Shown here in pieces: positions 38,709 to 52,487 of a stretch of DNA of 64,000 bases; within the stretch, counting starts at the first letter, position 1; each line of letters starts with the position of its first letter. Below the pieces are notes generated by a model. The model did not search any database. It was not told where the DNA came from and saw only the letters and a program-made list of their open reading frames with translations. The translations under genes and the position numbers were made by a program. Source of the DNA: Psilocybe cubensis (taxonomy: Eukaryota). The stretch spans positions 620,001 to 684,000 of the forward strand of contig CM039004.1 in the NCBI GenBank assembly GCA_017499595.2, written 5' to 3'.

Positions 38709-40247
38709 ATGATCGAAATCCTCCAACCCAATGTGTTCTCTCCAATACCAAACGAGGTAATCGCAAAGATTTTCTTTGAAGGGACAGAAAACTGGAAGCA
38801 CAATATGTTTGAAAACGACACCTATATCCATGCCTTGCCATTCCCGGAAGTCGTTGCAGGGGTATGCAGACACTGGAGGGCACTCTCACATGAAACCCCG
38901 GAGCTTTGGACTTTTATTTGTCCCCCAACTGCAGAAATTTGTCTCCGGTGGATATCAAAATGGATTCAGCGATCGAAGTCTATGCAGGTTGAAATCGTAC
39001 TGGACGAAAAAAAATTGCCCGGCATTGATAAACTAATGACAGAAATCCTAACACTGTTAGACGTTTGTGTCAGTCGGTTATGTCGCTTCGACCTTCGGTT
39101 AGAAGACATCCCTATCAGCGTACTATCTGGCTTCTCCCAGCTTGCATCTAGAGCCACGTATCTACAGCAGCTCTCGCTTTGCAATGTGTCTTCCAGACGA
39201 ACTTCCTTTGATCTAGCCGAAGGCGGAGATTACTCTTCGTTGTGCAATATTACTTCCTTATCACGCCTCAGATTCACCGGACTGTCTCTTCCATTTAATC
39301 CGCATCTCGTTTCGCTCGATGTACGTGACCTCCAACTCACATATTCCGACTTGCAAACAATCTTTGGAGTGGAATGTCGTTTACGAAACCTGGTGCTCTA
39401 TGGCCTTCGCCCAATTCACCCATCCCCTCAATCCCCTAGCAGACCAATTCAAGTTAAATCTCTTAAAACCATTGCATTGTCAATCAATGCCGCTATCGCA
39501 TCCGTGGACTCGACTTATCCTTTTTCGTTTCTTGATATGCCCAACGTGACATACTTGGAGATGGATTGCAGCGCATCTCTTACCGCTATTTTTGGAAAGT
39601 CACTGGCGTCGGCAAACATCGATACTCTCAAATTTACGAACCATTTACCTCGTCTAGTGGCTCCACCGCATACTGTGGAAAACCACGAGGAAATTCAATT
39701 TCTACAATCCTTTTCCAGTCTACGCAAACTGGAGCTCACCCATGTACCCGCTAAATTTCTGTTGAGCAAGTTCACGACTAACAGTAGTCCCTCAAGGCGC
39801 GAGGTGACTCGGCAACGCTCGATAGGCTCTCATATGCTCCAAGCCAGTCGAGTGGATTATCGCGCACACAACATCACCGTTGAACCATTGGAAGAAACGG
39901 TCGCGACCTGGCCTAATCTCGCCTTTATTCGTCTTGATACAGCCATTGCAGAAGACGTTGTATCCTTGATTTCATTCATACAATGTCACAGAAGCGTCCG
40001 TACCATTGAGCTCTCTACATCAGCAATGCGACATCTCAGCTTCTTAAAAAGAAAGGGCGATACCGTTTCTACTAGCCCTCCGGATATTTTATTCCGACTT
40101 AACCGGAGACGTACTTTGGAGGGCGATGAGGGCTCCACAGAGGACGTTAAAGAGTGGTTGAGCAGCATAGTTGACTTGAAGACAGCCGCGCCGACCAATA
40201 ACCTATTATCAAATGGCGGATCTGGCCTGCTTTCACGATTGCCGTAG
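38709..40247 (+). CDS. F-box-like / LRR-like protein, intronless, 512 aa
   Basis: IPNEVIAKIF...VAGVCRHWRALSHETPELWTFI, followed by LxxLxL repeats. Confidence 0.85.
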   Translation: MIEILQPNVFSPIPNEVIAKIFFEGTENWKHNMFENDTYIHALPFPEVVAGVCRHWRALSHETPELWTFICPPTAEICLRWISKWIQRSKSMQVEIVLDEKKLPGIDKLMTEILTLLDVCVSRLCRFDLRLEDIPISVLSGFSQLASRATYLQQLSLCNVSSRRTSFDLAEGGDYSSLCNITSLSRLRFTGLSLPFNPHLVSLDVRDLQLTYSDLQTIFGVECRLRNLVLYGLRPIHPSPQSPSRPIQVKSLKTIALSINAAIASVDSTYPFSFLDMPNVTYLEMDCSASLTAIFGKSLASANIDTLKFTNHLPRLVAPPHTVENHEEIQFLQSFSSLRKLELTHVPAKFLLSKFTTNSSPSRREVTRQRSIGSHMLQASRVDYRAHNITVEPLEETVATWPNLAFIRLDTAIAEDVVSLISFIQCHRSVRTIELSTSAMRHLSFLKRKGDTVSTSPPDILFRLNRRRTLEGDEGSTEDVKEWLSSIVDLKTAAPTNNLLSNGGSGLLSRLP

Positions 40248-40557
40248 TGCAGAGATACTTCGATCCGCTGCTTCTGCAGAACAAATGAACGACGTCGCTC
40301 ATTAGTGTTTTTGTTGGGATATCTTTAGGTGTCTACAACACATTCAAATACGCAGAAAAAAGGTTTACAGGGGTTTTTTGTATCCAAAGGGAGGTAGGGC
40401 GGTTGTTCCTAGACCTGAAAGCCCTTCGGCTACGAGTCTTAATCTCTGGAACTGGACTCATGATGGCAAGGCTTCTATCGACCATGGCTGATGCGCGGAT
40501 TAAATACGACCAGTTATTCAATTATTGGATTCATTTCCCCTCTTACTTTAAACCAGT

Positions 40558-42673
40558 ATGAGCACTGAGGAAACACCCCTTCTATCGGTACTGGCAGGCA
40601 ATCCGAGTTGTCAGACATCTACCATTGACGTATACTCGCGTTTTTCTACAAGGAGGAAGAAAGTCGTCATTGGATTGGTTTCGTGGTGTGGTCTGATACC
40701 ATGTCAGTATTACTTTAACCATTAGTTCTGTTGATTTTCCCAAAATCGTTCGGTTAGTCTTTGTAAACGGGACATTCACCCCCTCTGTCCCTCAAATTGC
40801 GAGCGATCTTAATACTACCGGATCCGTCGTAAAGTAAGCCACAATTAACGGAATATTGGCCAAAGGCCGACTGCTAAATATTGTGCGATTATGCAGTTAC
40901 GCGATAAGTGTCTCGTGGATTGCAGCATCTCTTGGCGGATTGATTGGGGGTGCCTACTCGACATTCTGTAACTGTACTAAACTTTCTCATGACCATATCA
41001 CTAAGATTGTGCTAGATGGAAGAAGAATCATTTATAACTACTCCCTTCCCTTGGTAGCCTTGGGTTCTATGGGTGTGGCGATATCACAGAACATACCTAT
41101 GCTCTTATGTTGGCGCTTCCTACAGGCTCTCGGTGCGTCACCAAGTCAAGTTCTAGGAGCCGGCGTAATTGGAGACATATACAAACTGGAGGAACGAGGA
41201 GGTGCTATGGCTATCTTTTTTGCAGTTTGTGCTATTTTATGTACTTGCCTGGTGGATCCTTTGCTGACGTAGAAGACACAGACCATTCTCGTCGGGCCAT
41301 CTCTAGCTCCAGTTGCAGGAGGTGCCCACTGTTGATTTATATTTCGTCCTTACTACTATCCCTGACAAACTTATTGATGCAGGCTGGGTCGCCTTTTACT
41401 ACTCCTGGAGAATTATGCAAGCATCCCTGGGAGTCCTCGCCATCCTTTCATATTTTGTGATGTTCGTCTTCTTCCCAGAAACGAGTCACCCTGGTAGTCG
41501 TGGAATCGACAAGGCACGATCCCAATGCTTCAATCAATCTGGAAGGGACATCGGATTTGTTTTCCTCAATCCACTGCGATTGATGTTGCTATTACGCAGT
41601 CCAATCTTATTGTCAATCGTAAGAATATAGCATTACATCGTTCACGGCGAAACTCACCGCTCCACAGTCTGTTATTCTCTCAGCTTCCGTTATGACAGTC
41701 TTTGGTATGCATTTGTCTTCGTTATAGAAATTGAATCGTTGATTTTTATGAAGTTATGTTGGTCCCTCTGGTTTATACTGTCGTAAGCTTTATCTGAGTT
41801 TATCTATTGCGTTAACTTTGACTCTTACTTGATATTGAAACAGGGTGAACGTTACAACATTTCGAGTGAAGCATTAGTTGGATTGTGTTTCTTGCCTACT
41901 GGCTTGGGGAACATGGGTAAGCGGTATCAGATGCTGTATTCTTAAACCATATTGAATAATATGAACCTTCAAGCTGGAGCTATTGTAGTAGGAAGAATTT
42001 CCGACTACACGGTAGTTCAATGGCGTAGGAAGCGTGCTGGTGTTTGGTATCCGGAGGATCGGCTACGAGTAGCCATTGTTCCCGCTGCTACTCTTGTGCC
42101 AATCTCACTTATCGCATTTGGCCTGACTGTACGCTTTATCGATGGAACGCTAGGTTTGACAATATGTCTTTTTTGCCTCTTTCTCAACGGCCTAGGTGTA
42201 CGTAGCCTAGTTGCAGCATACCAGTGCTATTTTGACTTAAAAACTGATCAAAATCTGCCGATCCACCAGGCAGAAATGACATTTGGCCCATGTGCCGCTT
42301 ATCTTGTGGACATTATGCAATCCAGAAGTGCGGAAGCTCTGGCTGCCAATAGGTATGTACTATCTTAGACATATTTTTCTTGCAAAGTAATTTCCTTTTC
42401 GACTTCCATCAAGCGGCCTTCGATCTTTCATAGTTGCAGGAGGGATTGCTATCGTCCTTCCGATGATCAACTGCTTTGGCATAGTTGTTACTAACAGTGT
42501 ATTTGCATTGGTTGCTTGGTTGACGCTCATGTAAGGTTCCTACTCCTACGAGCTTAATGTCATATTTCAATGGTTTTACTTTTACCTATAGATTACTGTG
42601 CGTTGTCATAAACTATGGGGATCGCTTGAGGGCATGGGTCGATGTTGGTTTTGTATCTGTCGACGATAATTGA
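40558..42673 (+). CDS. MFS transporter (DHA1-like drug:H+ antiporter)
   Basis: EETPLL start, GRR loop, RFLQALGAS, GAGVIGDIYKLEERGGAM, FFPETSHPG, GRISD, PEDRLR. Confidence 0.88.
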
Positions 42674-43552
42674 GGAAATACATGCCTGTCAAACTAGGTG
42701 TATACGTAAAGTAGGGCCCGGATAGGATATCATGTCGAGGTTAGGATGATTTTAGACAAACCCGTGGTATTACAATCGGTCATATCGGAGTTAACGTTAA
42801 TGCTTGAACCTGATTCTGATACACTGCCTACTCATGGGGTCTTTAATTGAGCGCTGACATCCCTGTGATATGATGTATTGGTTACCTTATCGCTTATATG
42901 TCGTATGTAGCAGTGTCACCCTAATCAAACACGTTATTAAGAGGGGAAACAGTCTTTTATAAGCCTAAAACGGCTATTAACTGGTTACACTATCCCATCA
43001 AAAAATTCTTCCAAGGCAATGTAAAAACGTACCAAGAATTGACAGGAAAAATACCAATATGAAAGGCGAATAGGGCATGTCACTAACCTGGGATGACCCC
43101 CCTAATCTATTCACTTTTCGGCATCTTGCAGGACGCGAGCCGGCGCTTAAATTTGCTTACGTATGAAACACGATCGAAATTGTAAACTGCACAGCCACTT
43201 TCCGACTGTCGGCCATTTCGGCTTATGAGCAGGCTTGGACTTATGAGGTGACACGCCACGCTGACACCCCTCAAGGCTCAAACAACCACAACGTTCCAGC
43301 GTTTCACGACAATTTGAAAATATTGGATAGCACAGAAACCTGTTGCATCATCTTGAATTGAATGAAGCATTCCTATTTGGTGTACAACTTAGACTCTATC
43401 ATTGAATTCAGAGTGGCCAGGAAACTCGTAGAAGAAATTTAATGCTTGCGTTGATTGTATGGAATCTCGGGTATAACATGCAAAAGGAGTGGACAGAGTG
43501 TGGTACTCTAACAAAGATAGCACAGATGCAGCAGAACGAACTATTATATACA

Positions 43553-45178
43553 TTAAATATAGGAATCTCGTGCTCTCGCACCCGACGCGGCCTCCAGCGC
43601 TTTCGTCTGACCCCACGTCTGATACCCTCCGTAATACGACGTATTTTCATCCAGATCGTTAACCGCAACTTTGGGTGGCTCTTTCTTCTTTTTGGGTCTC
43701 CTAGGCGGCCGTGAACCACTTGCCTGAGGCTGTTCTGGGTTGTTGAAGGTCGTCTGAATGGGTTTTAACTTTGGCTTGGGCTGTGGTGTAGACTGCACCT
43801 GAGGCAGATCGGGCAGCGGGGGTGGAACTGTAGGCTCTCTAAGGAAACTCCGTGGTCGTGTTCTGGTCGGGATGGTAAAGCCTGAGGTAGGTCGCGGGTG
43901 ATTAGGCCGGGTAGTATCATCAGATGGGCCAAACAACCCTATCGTCGACATGCTTGCTGACTCGACTACACGGCGTGGCGCTCGGGATATGCTAAACGGT
44001 TTGACAATATTTTCCCAGCGTGGAGTGCCCGCTCCTTTTCTTCTGTCACGGATGTATTTGAGATAAATGAACGCGGAGAGGCATATAACGATAACGACAG
44101 CCAAAACGCCAGAGACTATGCCGGCGACATTCTGTTTTTTGTCGTTCATGGCAGATAGGGAAACGTTAGAGGACGTCTCCGAGGATGCGGAGGCTGATGA
44201 TGTGATCGATTTTGATCCCTCAGTCACGTTTTGAACGAGGATATATTGCAAAGTCAGCGGGGTGGATTCTGTGTCCCCTTCGTAAGTCACGGTCATCGTA
44301 TGAGGTCCAGGACTGAGCTGCGGCGTCTGAATAAATATCTGATTGTATTCCGTTACGGAATTTGGAGACAGTCCAGCAAGCACAAATGGCATGGCGGGGT
44401 TACCGTCAATCGCGTAGGTTCCTTGGGACGAAGTAGGGGGGAGTTCCGAAGGCACAATCCCGTACCAAGTAGCGCTGATCCCTGTGGTTTAGCATTGCAC
44501 ATTAGCATCAATAAAATACATAGTCGAAGATGTTGTGTGTGAGTTGTACCTGTAAAGTTGAATGTCATTGTGGACCCTTTCGTTCTCGTTATGTTTGCAA
44601 TATTTGCCAAATTGGACCAGCTGCTATCGTATACAATTTCAGGGTCTGTAGGAGGAACCTTAACCAACGCGTCATTCAAGTCATTAGGATTGGAAGGTGT
44701 GTATTGGATGTAGTCAAACAAGAACGTCCGGCGGTGACTTTGCGTAGTTAAAGTTAGGGTATGGGTACCAGTGGGTAGGTTATCCGCAGAACACAGGCTC
44801 CAGTTGTTTTCTGGGAAGAGAAATGGTGCAGTAGCACCAATACTTGTTGTATTAATCTGACAATCCCATGTTGGATCCAGTATTCCTGAGGTGTTTTTCA
44901 TATTCAGAGAACCAAACACTTCTATCTGCGTTCCTGAACGACCGGTATGTCTGATTGATCAGAGAGGAAAGGGTGGGTTCTGAATATATACAGGGCGTAC
45001 CGGAGAACTGAAACTGAAAGGTCCCATTGCTATTCGTGCCATGAAGGGTAGACCTCAAGGTTTTTCCAAAGTTTCCTTGATTGTCTTTATCTGCCGCAAA
45101 CTGCGAACTCCAATTGGGAGAGTAAACAATGGTGCTGTCGTTGTCATCGACGATAACCTGTCTTGCAGAACCAGACAT
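43553..45178 (-). CDS. Single-pass membrane protein with two N-terminal beta-sandwich-like modules
   Basis: IVDDNDSTIVYSPNW / DPEIVYDSSW repeats, FLFDYIQYTP, TM segment IVSGVLAVVIVICLSAFIYL followed by RDRRK, Pro-rich tail. Confidence 0.75.
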
Positions 45179-46624
45179 CAAGTGCCGATCGGCCGGATAC
45201 CACTAGCAGGACTCTGAGGAAATAGCTCGAGAAAGAGAGAAAGCCAATCTCCAAGGTGGGGGTGGTTATAAAACAAGAAAACAGCCGAGCTTAAAGCGAG
45301 AGTTAAGTTTACACGCCTAACAGAACGTGATCAGGCTCTCCGGCCGCATTTGTCCCTGAAGCCCATGTAAGGGGCGCGTTGGTTGTTTGGGGGATTTGCA
45401 TCACTTATTCAGCCGGGTTTGACTGATGCATGGATTGCCGTTGCTCTGAAGTCTTTTTTACTGCACAGCATGATTTGAGATGCGTCATTCCCAATTAATG
45501 CAATATCAGGAGATAGATTATTGGGCATTTGGCCTCGTAAGTTCCAATTTGCATATAATTTCAGAAAGATACAGATTGCTCAGAAAACTTGGCAATGAGA
45601 GTATGTTTTACTACTGAAAGATAAAATGGTGTACAAAAAGCAAACGAATTTTCCCAATGTTGTCAAGGAGGATAAAGATACGCCTGATGAGCATATATCG
45701 AGAAAGGTACTCCTCATAGACTAAATATACCAGATATTGCGTCCCGTACATCATATCATTTGATGCATCATCTCCGAGCTCATCCTGAAGGCGCTGCCAA
45801 AGCCAGGCTGAATGTTTTCACTACCCGCAACGTCAATGCCCAATTATTTAGTTACTAGGGAATCTATTCACTTACTTAGCTGCATATTCAAGCTTTCCGT
45901 CAAATCCAGGTTACTAGTGCGACGTTTACGAAACGTTTCCGGTAGGCATCAACGCTTCTGAGTCTACTATGATGATCACATTTTCTATGATCGTAGACTA
46001 TCGGATAGCTTGTATATGGGTTCTCCAGGTCACGACTGCTATACAGTTCAGTGAGTAAGCAGTGCGTTGTTCGTTTTCAGAATTTGTTCCCGTCAGTCGA
46101 GGCGGGAGGAATGACAGAAACGGGACGATATCAGGCTGATATACAGCCTGCAGATGTGAAAGCAAAAACAGTAATGATTGTTTTAAAAGAGACGATATCC
46201 GCGCAGCCAGGGGAGAGAAAAGCATATAGAGCAATGGAAATCCTATGCGAATCGTTCCGCACAGTTTGAGTGCGGTTGTCGATCATATTAAACTCTTCGT
46301 GCGGTCACGTCCCAAAGTCCTAGAGGCGCCTGGGGTCTTGGAAAGATACAGAATGTGCGAGGTGCTGGCGGAAGTGTCGAAGGAAGAACAACCCAGATCG
46401 TAGTATTTATAGCGTAGATACCAGTCACAATTTACGGTTAGATCATGGAATACATGGCGATATCGTTTAGAGCAGGGTCAAAATCATTTAACAACGGGCT
46501 AAAAAGATCATTATTTTGCGATCAATCGAAAGTGGAAAAATTACTGACATCTTTCATCATAATTGTAAGGCCGATTTCCAACGAAGCCTAATACCAGGGA
46601 AGCGCAGACGCCAGATGTGAACTA

Positions 46625-47658
46625 TTATTCTGTCGAAGATGCCGAAACCTGACTCCAGTCATCATAACAAATATCCAAATCCACCTTTGGGATCTATTAA
46701 TCAGAGTAACTTATACTCTTATGATTCAACTAACCGATGATATGTCTCTTTCGATCTCGACAGCAAGGATTTGCGAAAAGGCCTCAAGGTCCTCCCGGGC
46801 GTGTAAATTGCATTGCGGACAGCCTGCTGCATGATCGAGAGCCTTGTTGCGGAGGTCCCAATTCCGCACCGTCTCTCCCCAAGGTTTGAGCTTTAGAGCT
46901 TCAGCAACGTCCTCGATCCAATCCACCCACCACTTCCTTGCCTCCGGGAAGTTGACACTCCGGCTCTTCCACGCAGAAGGACACATCTTACACGATATCC
47001 ATGTCCAGGCATCGTCAAATTCGGAGAGAGCAGGCTGCAGCCGCGCGCGCGAGCTAGCTACTTCGCCACAGACGCGGTGGTACTCTCTGAGTCGGAACAA
47101 CGTCGCGCCCGAGATCAGCTCGAGCTCAGCGACGAACGGCGTATCGACGGGTTGCCGGAGCGTATGCCTCGCCGCCTTCTTCGCCTCCGCGTCCCACCCG
47201 TAACGGTACGCGATCGCAAACACACGAACCGGCTGCGACTCGATGAACCGGGGCGCAACCAGCTCGCGCTGGAGATACCTCACAATGCCGTCCATCTCAA
47301 ATTTCACTGCCGCTTCTGCGACCTTCTGTATCTCCTGTAAAGAGGAAATCCTAGGTGTTTCGTGGGCGCTGATGGGGAAGCAGAGCCCAAGTAGGAGTGT
47401 CAATGTCTCCTTATCTTCGGACATCTGTATAACGGGTAACCCTTTACTGCTTTCCTGGTACTCATCAGAGTAGAAAGATGATGGGTTCGATGGTATTGGC
47501 TGGGGAAGCGTGAAAATATCTGAGAAGAATGGGGAAGAAAGGGAAAGCAGCAACTTGAAGACTCGGAAGTCCACAGGCTCCAGGTCGGATGATCGCAAAA
47601 TAACGTCCGCGTCTGGGTGGTCAAACGGAGGTGGTCCTGGACGAGGCCTTGTCATCAT
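46625..47658 (-). CDS. BTB/POZ domain protein
   Basis: PFDHPDADVILRSSD..DFRVFKLLLSLSSPFFSDIFTLPQ, AAVKFEM, PVRVFAIAYRYGW; one intron near the 3' end. Confidence 0.87.
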
Positions 47659-48239
47659 TTTGACTATTAGTATACCGTGCTCAAATTTGTACGGAAGAAT
47701 GGGCAGACCGATGGCCGACAAATGGATAGTTGGGATATTTTGCCAGTCATAGAGTGAGTAAAGGATCAAGTTGCCGCCGGCCTTGGACGAACTGCTCTCC
47801 GTGAGAGATTCTACCACGCTTCCGCTCACGTGCCCTTTTACGGGGTCCAGACTCATTCCCGAGAATGTTCAAAGCGCTTATTTTGCGACTATGGACAACT
47901 TCTAAATTGTCAATGGCCCTATATCTAAGCGCCAGTCAATCACGTATCATCCTGCAATTTTAGGCAATTTTTTTGTAATTTTTATTGAATTGCAATATGA
48001 TACAAATGCGTATGACGTCAATGCGAATATAAAGGGCCCAGGACCTTGTAGAACCAACAGAAAGTGATAAAAATAATATAACCCCAACACCTCCGCGGTG
48101 CGCCCATTCGGAAGACAAACTGCAAAGAAAAAATTTGCGTACAAGAAAATTTGGTATGTAAAATGAAAATCTAGTCCGAGTCTATCTGTCAAATGGCATG
48201 ACCCGCCGCCGCCGCACACGCATGCACATGTGCGGTGCA

Positions 48240-49367
48240 TTACGAAGGACGGCTGGCAGTCGATGTCAGCGCGGCGATTCGTGAGAGTACGTCGCCGACC
48301 TCAGACAGAGCCATCTCATCCAATGAGGGAGAGGGAGTATCGGGCTTCATTCTCTTCCTCGGTCGCGAGATGTCTGCATCCGTAGAAGACGAAGACCCTG
48401 AGAACGCTTCGGGTTGATGGTGACTAGTGAATTGTTGGGCAGGCATCACTTCTGGATGCTCGTCGAAGACTTGAATTGGATGTGGAGCAAAGAGCACGGA
48501 GTCTGGATCCGGGGATCCAGAGCGGCTTTGGTGCTCGCGGGCGTCCGTAGTGAGCTGTAGGAAAGGTCCTATAGGGGCCAGTTCAGGATATTGGCTTAAT
48601 CTAAGCGAAACGTCAAAAACAAATTATGAGGAAAGATAACAGATAATGAATAGCAGCTGGAACGTACTCGACATCTTGCATTTTGCGTTTGAGAGCATGG
48701 CAGTGTCGTTTGAGCTCGTCGCGCTCGCGCACCAGCATAGAAGCTTGGTCGCGCACCATCCGCGCAAAGTTGAGTAAGCCCAGGTTTGCGGTTCCGTGCA
48801 TCTCTGCTCGCTTCCGCCACATGGAGCAGTTGTTCCGCAGTGCCTGGTTCTCCGCACGGAGCCGCGCAAGCTCAAGGGCGGAGGCAGACATCGCAGGTGG
48901 TTCTTTGACCACCGGGGGAGAAGGTTCTTTGACATCGGAAGGAGAGGACTCCTTGATGTCGGGATTTTCTGAAGTATCCTTGGCGTCTGTGGACGCCTGC
49001 TGTGAGGGAGGATCATCGATGTAGAGCCTGCGGATACTGGGTGTCACGAAAGGCCGCAGGTTAGGCGGGACAATATTGAAGTTTAGAGGTGCTGAGTGCA
49101 ATGTCAGCACAAAGCGATCAATACCTTGAGTTTCCTAGTGTATACTGACCTATGTTGTAGAAAGAGCGACATATTGGGCAGGGGTGGAGATGAGTGTATG
49201 GCTTTACCGCCTGGACGGTTTTAACGATACAGTCACTGCAGAAAATATGGCCTTTCAAACTCTGTTTAAGTCTGTTTCCCCAGAATTTCATCGAATAATA
49301 GAACTTTACCACAAGGAAGAGACACAGGCTTTTTCAGCGCCTCGAGACAAATTCGACATGAAGGCAT
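48240..49367 (-). CDS. C3HC4 RING-finger protein with coiled coil
   Basis: Spliced MPSCRICLEALKKPVSLPCG|HIFCSDC...CPICR; coiled coil ARLRAENQALR. Confidence 0.8.
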
Positions 49368-50063
49368 ACTTGGAAGCAAATCCCGTAAATTTCGGGAAAC
49401 AGCAGACACGGTTTGGAAGTTGGAGAAAGTCAGTTTTACAGAGCTGGCAAGGACAAGGTAAGATGATTCAAAGTGAGAAGGAAAGGGTGAGCTGAGAGCG
49501 CTTTATAAGATCCAGAAGGGAATGTCAAGAAACGTCTAGGAGATATGACGAAAAGGCAAGTGCACTGTCGTTCTAAAGGAGGCTGATATAGAGGGAGCTG
49601 GATATGATCTTGGCCACGCCGAGTTCTGTCATGTATTTCGGTCGAGTGGCGTCCGGACTGGCTCGTAGGGAATCAAAACAAATCGACGCGCGTTCGACTG
49701 CTCACACACGAGCCTTTCCCCAAACAGCAGGAAGTCAGCAGTGAAGATGAATTAATTGGTCGAGGTTTGTCGGAGGCTCAGAAGGACCGCGTTCGGCCAC
49801 TCCAGATCAGGAAATCTCGTCTCACCGGCCAAGACAATTTTAGAACGATCACTGACCTGCTCTTCCGCTGGTCCCATTGGTCGCTGCCGCTCTAGTGCTC
49901 TATCGAGAGGGTTTTGGAACGCGTTCAGGCCTGTCCTAGATGAAGAAAATATGGCTTTTTGGCGTACGCCATCCGTCAGACTGCACACTCGGCTAGCTGA
50001 GCACCTCAAGGTACCACCTCGATTCGGATAAATCATCACGGAGGACATTCACCACCGACCTGT

Positions 50064-50202
50064 GGTAGCGGTTTCTCTTGATTTTTTCTCACATGCAGCT
50101 GCTGGCCTACGCTGCTGGCTCACCCTGAGTCAGCAAACAGTCAGTCTGAATCGAACCAACTCTCCTGGTAATCAACAGGCAGGTAGTTAGGGAACCGCTA
50201 CC
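50064..50202 (+). ncRNA. Candidate structured RNA of unknown class
   Basis: Nested stems 50064-75/50191-202, 50078-83/50170-75, 50101-06/50140-45 and 50113-22/50126-35, with G-U wobbles on the + strand. Confidence 0.3.
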
Positions 50203-51487
50203 CCGCTTGATTCAAAGACGGTTTTGGGTACTGGCTGTAATTTTAGGCGCCTGAAGCGCTGAAACTCGCTGAAAACAGACCTTGCGTATTCATAGACAAA
50301 CGACAATCATAGCGGAAACTACTGGCCGCCCATGTCCGTATCCCGAATTGTGTCGTTTGCATCGGACAATTTTCATGTCAGTGTTAGTCCCAAAATTTCA
50401 AAGGGCAGGTCTCTGACGGCCGTTGAGACGGACGATTGCATGTAGTTGGGTAAGTTTGTATGACGCAGCCGATACAACACGGATATCGAAACGGCTGCGA
50501 CTTTGAGGTCATAATGAGGACATGTCATATAGGCAAGCAAAGTGCCAATAATAGTGTGCCTTAAAGGTTTAGAGCGACAAATGAAGAACATCGATGCGCC
50601 AAGATCCTTGATGATAAACTTAGATAGATCAGCTAAAGAAAGCAAACACCATATTGAAGCACGCACTTTGCTAGACGACGGGCGTCCGAAGAGGAACCCA
50701 TGGCTTCAGCGCAGGCGTGGAGAAGACTCGCAACTCGAAAGGCCGGGTGCATGCATATGACCATCAACGATCATGATTACAGTTGGAGCATGAAGGAGTC
50801 CGCTAGGTAGAATTCGCAGCAGAATCATGAGAAGTATGTAGGTGTGATCGAGATGTTTCATGGATCAAAGAAACAGTTGTAGTCAAGGCACGCTGTCCAC
50901 TCCAGATGAGCCTAGCAAAATTTGCCTTTCCAACAAGCATGCTGGGATATATAACGCATTTGTATTAGATTGGTTTTGGAGATTGCTGGATAAACTGTAT
51001 ACAACCTTCCGGAGAAAGTATGCCCGGGCTGGGGTGAGAAATTGTGATTTTTTTTCACAAATCATCTGCAAGTTTGTGAGATTGTCAATCAAACCGAGCG
51101 GCAGGAACCCTGATGAAGATTGAGCAGTTCGAATTTCCAAGAAGAGGTGGTGCTGATAGATTTGTGAACAAAAAATGTTTCATTTATTTACTTCCAGAAC
51201 AATCGAACGTCGACGTGTTATGAAGCGCCGCAGAATGAGGAGAGAAATCAAAAAAAAATTGAGCAATTTCCACGCGCGTCAGCAAGACCGAGTCGAATCG
51301 AGTCGGTCAAGAAAGGAAAGAAAGCGGAAACAAGACGGCTGAGCGGAGCCTAAAATAGTGACGGACATTTGCGGGTTATGTGCAGATGATGAAAATAAGG
51401 TTCAGCCACCGATGGTGCAGACAGTCCCAAACAAGAGCTGTCTTGGGTAAGGTAGGAAACACCAGCAACCACCACCCCCCCAACAAA

Positions 51488-52202
51488 ATGGTCAGTGACG
51501 AGACACCCTTGCTGCTCGCTGGGATGATGCTGACCGTATGATCCTCCAGGCCGAAAAAACGACTCCCACCAATGTCATGAAGGAGCCTCGTATTGAGAAG
51601 CTCGTGATCAGTGCGTTTCTGCCCTGTTTATTGCATGCGTTGGGGAGGTGCTAAACGTCTGTTTTGTTGTTGTCGTCGTCCAGACATTTCCGTTGGTGAA
51701 TCTGGAGATCGTCTCACTCGTGCCTCCAAGGTTCTCGAGCAACTTACCGGCCAAACACCCGTGACCTCAAAAGCCCGCTACACTGTCCGCACTTTCGGTA
51801 TCCGTCGTAATGAGAAAATCGCCGTGCACGTCACCATCCGTGGGCCTAAGGCTGAGGAAATTTTGGAACGTGGTCTCAAGGTCAAGGAGTACGAGCTAAG
51901 GCGCCGCAACTTTTCGGAGACTGGAAACTTCGGCTTTGGAATTCAGGAACATATCGATTTGGGTGCGCGATATGACCCCGGCATTGGCATTTTCGGAATG
52001 GACTTTTACGTTGTGATGGGACGTCCCGGTGCCCGGGTTGCAAGGAGGAGGCAGCAGAAGGCCCGGGTTGGTTTCTCCCATCGCATTAAGAAGGAGGATA
52101 CGATGGCTTGGTTCAAACAACGCTTCGATGGTATTATCCTTGTGCGTATCTATTGTACTTGTTTCACAAACTGTGTGTCTAATTCTTTCCAAATAGAAAT
52201 AA
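51488..52202 (+). CDS. RPL11: 60S ribosomal protein L11 (uL5)
   Basis: [54 protein letters not shown]. First coding exon is ATG only; last exon is AAA TAA. Confidence 0.97.
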
Positions 52203-52487
52203 ATCATCAACCCAATTGCATTCATCTCATCATCCATGCACTCTATGTTAGTTGTTATCCTATATGGCATGTATACGCTTGCATGAACCGTCTTTTTTCT
52301 TTTTTTTTATTCTTTGACATGAACAGCTGATACCAGGATTATGATCTGTCTTGTGTGTTACTAAAGTCGCCTCATGTTTTCCCCGGTGAATGAAAGCTGC
52401 TTCTCATGGCTAGTGCAACATAACATGGTAAAAATGTTATGAAATAGATTTAATGTACATTTCTTCGAAATAGATGCACTCGGCGCA

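Noticed and set aside
49320-49340. Suspected frameshift in the first RING exon
   Set aside because: The T-run is five bases, which keeps LKKPVSLPCG in frame
50140-50290. RNase P-like motifs on the minus strand (GCAAGGTCTG, ATTCAGACT), a B-box-like GGTTCGATTC, and CCCTAAC as a telomerase template
   Set aside because: Spacing is too short for RNase P, there is no A-box or cloverleaf, the template is too short, and G-U polarity favours the + strand
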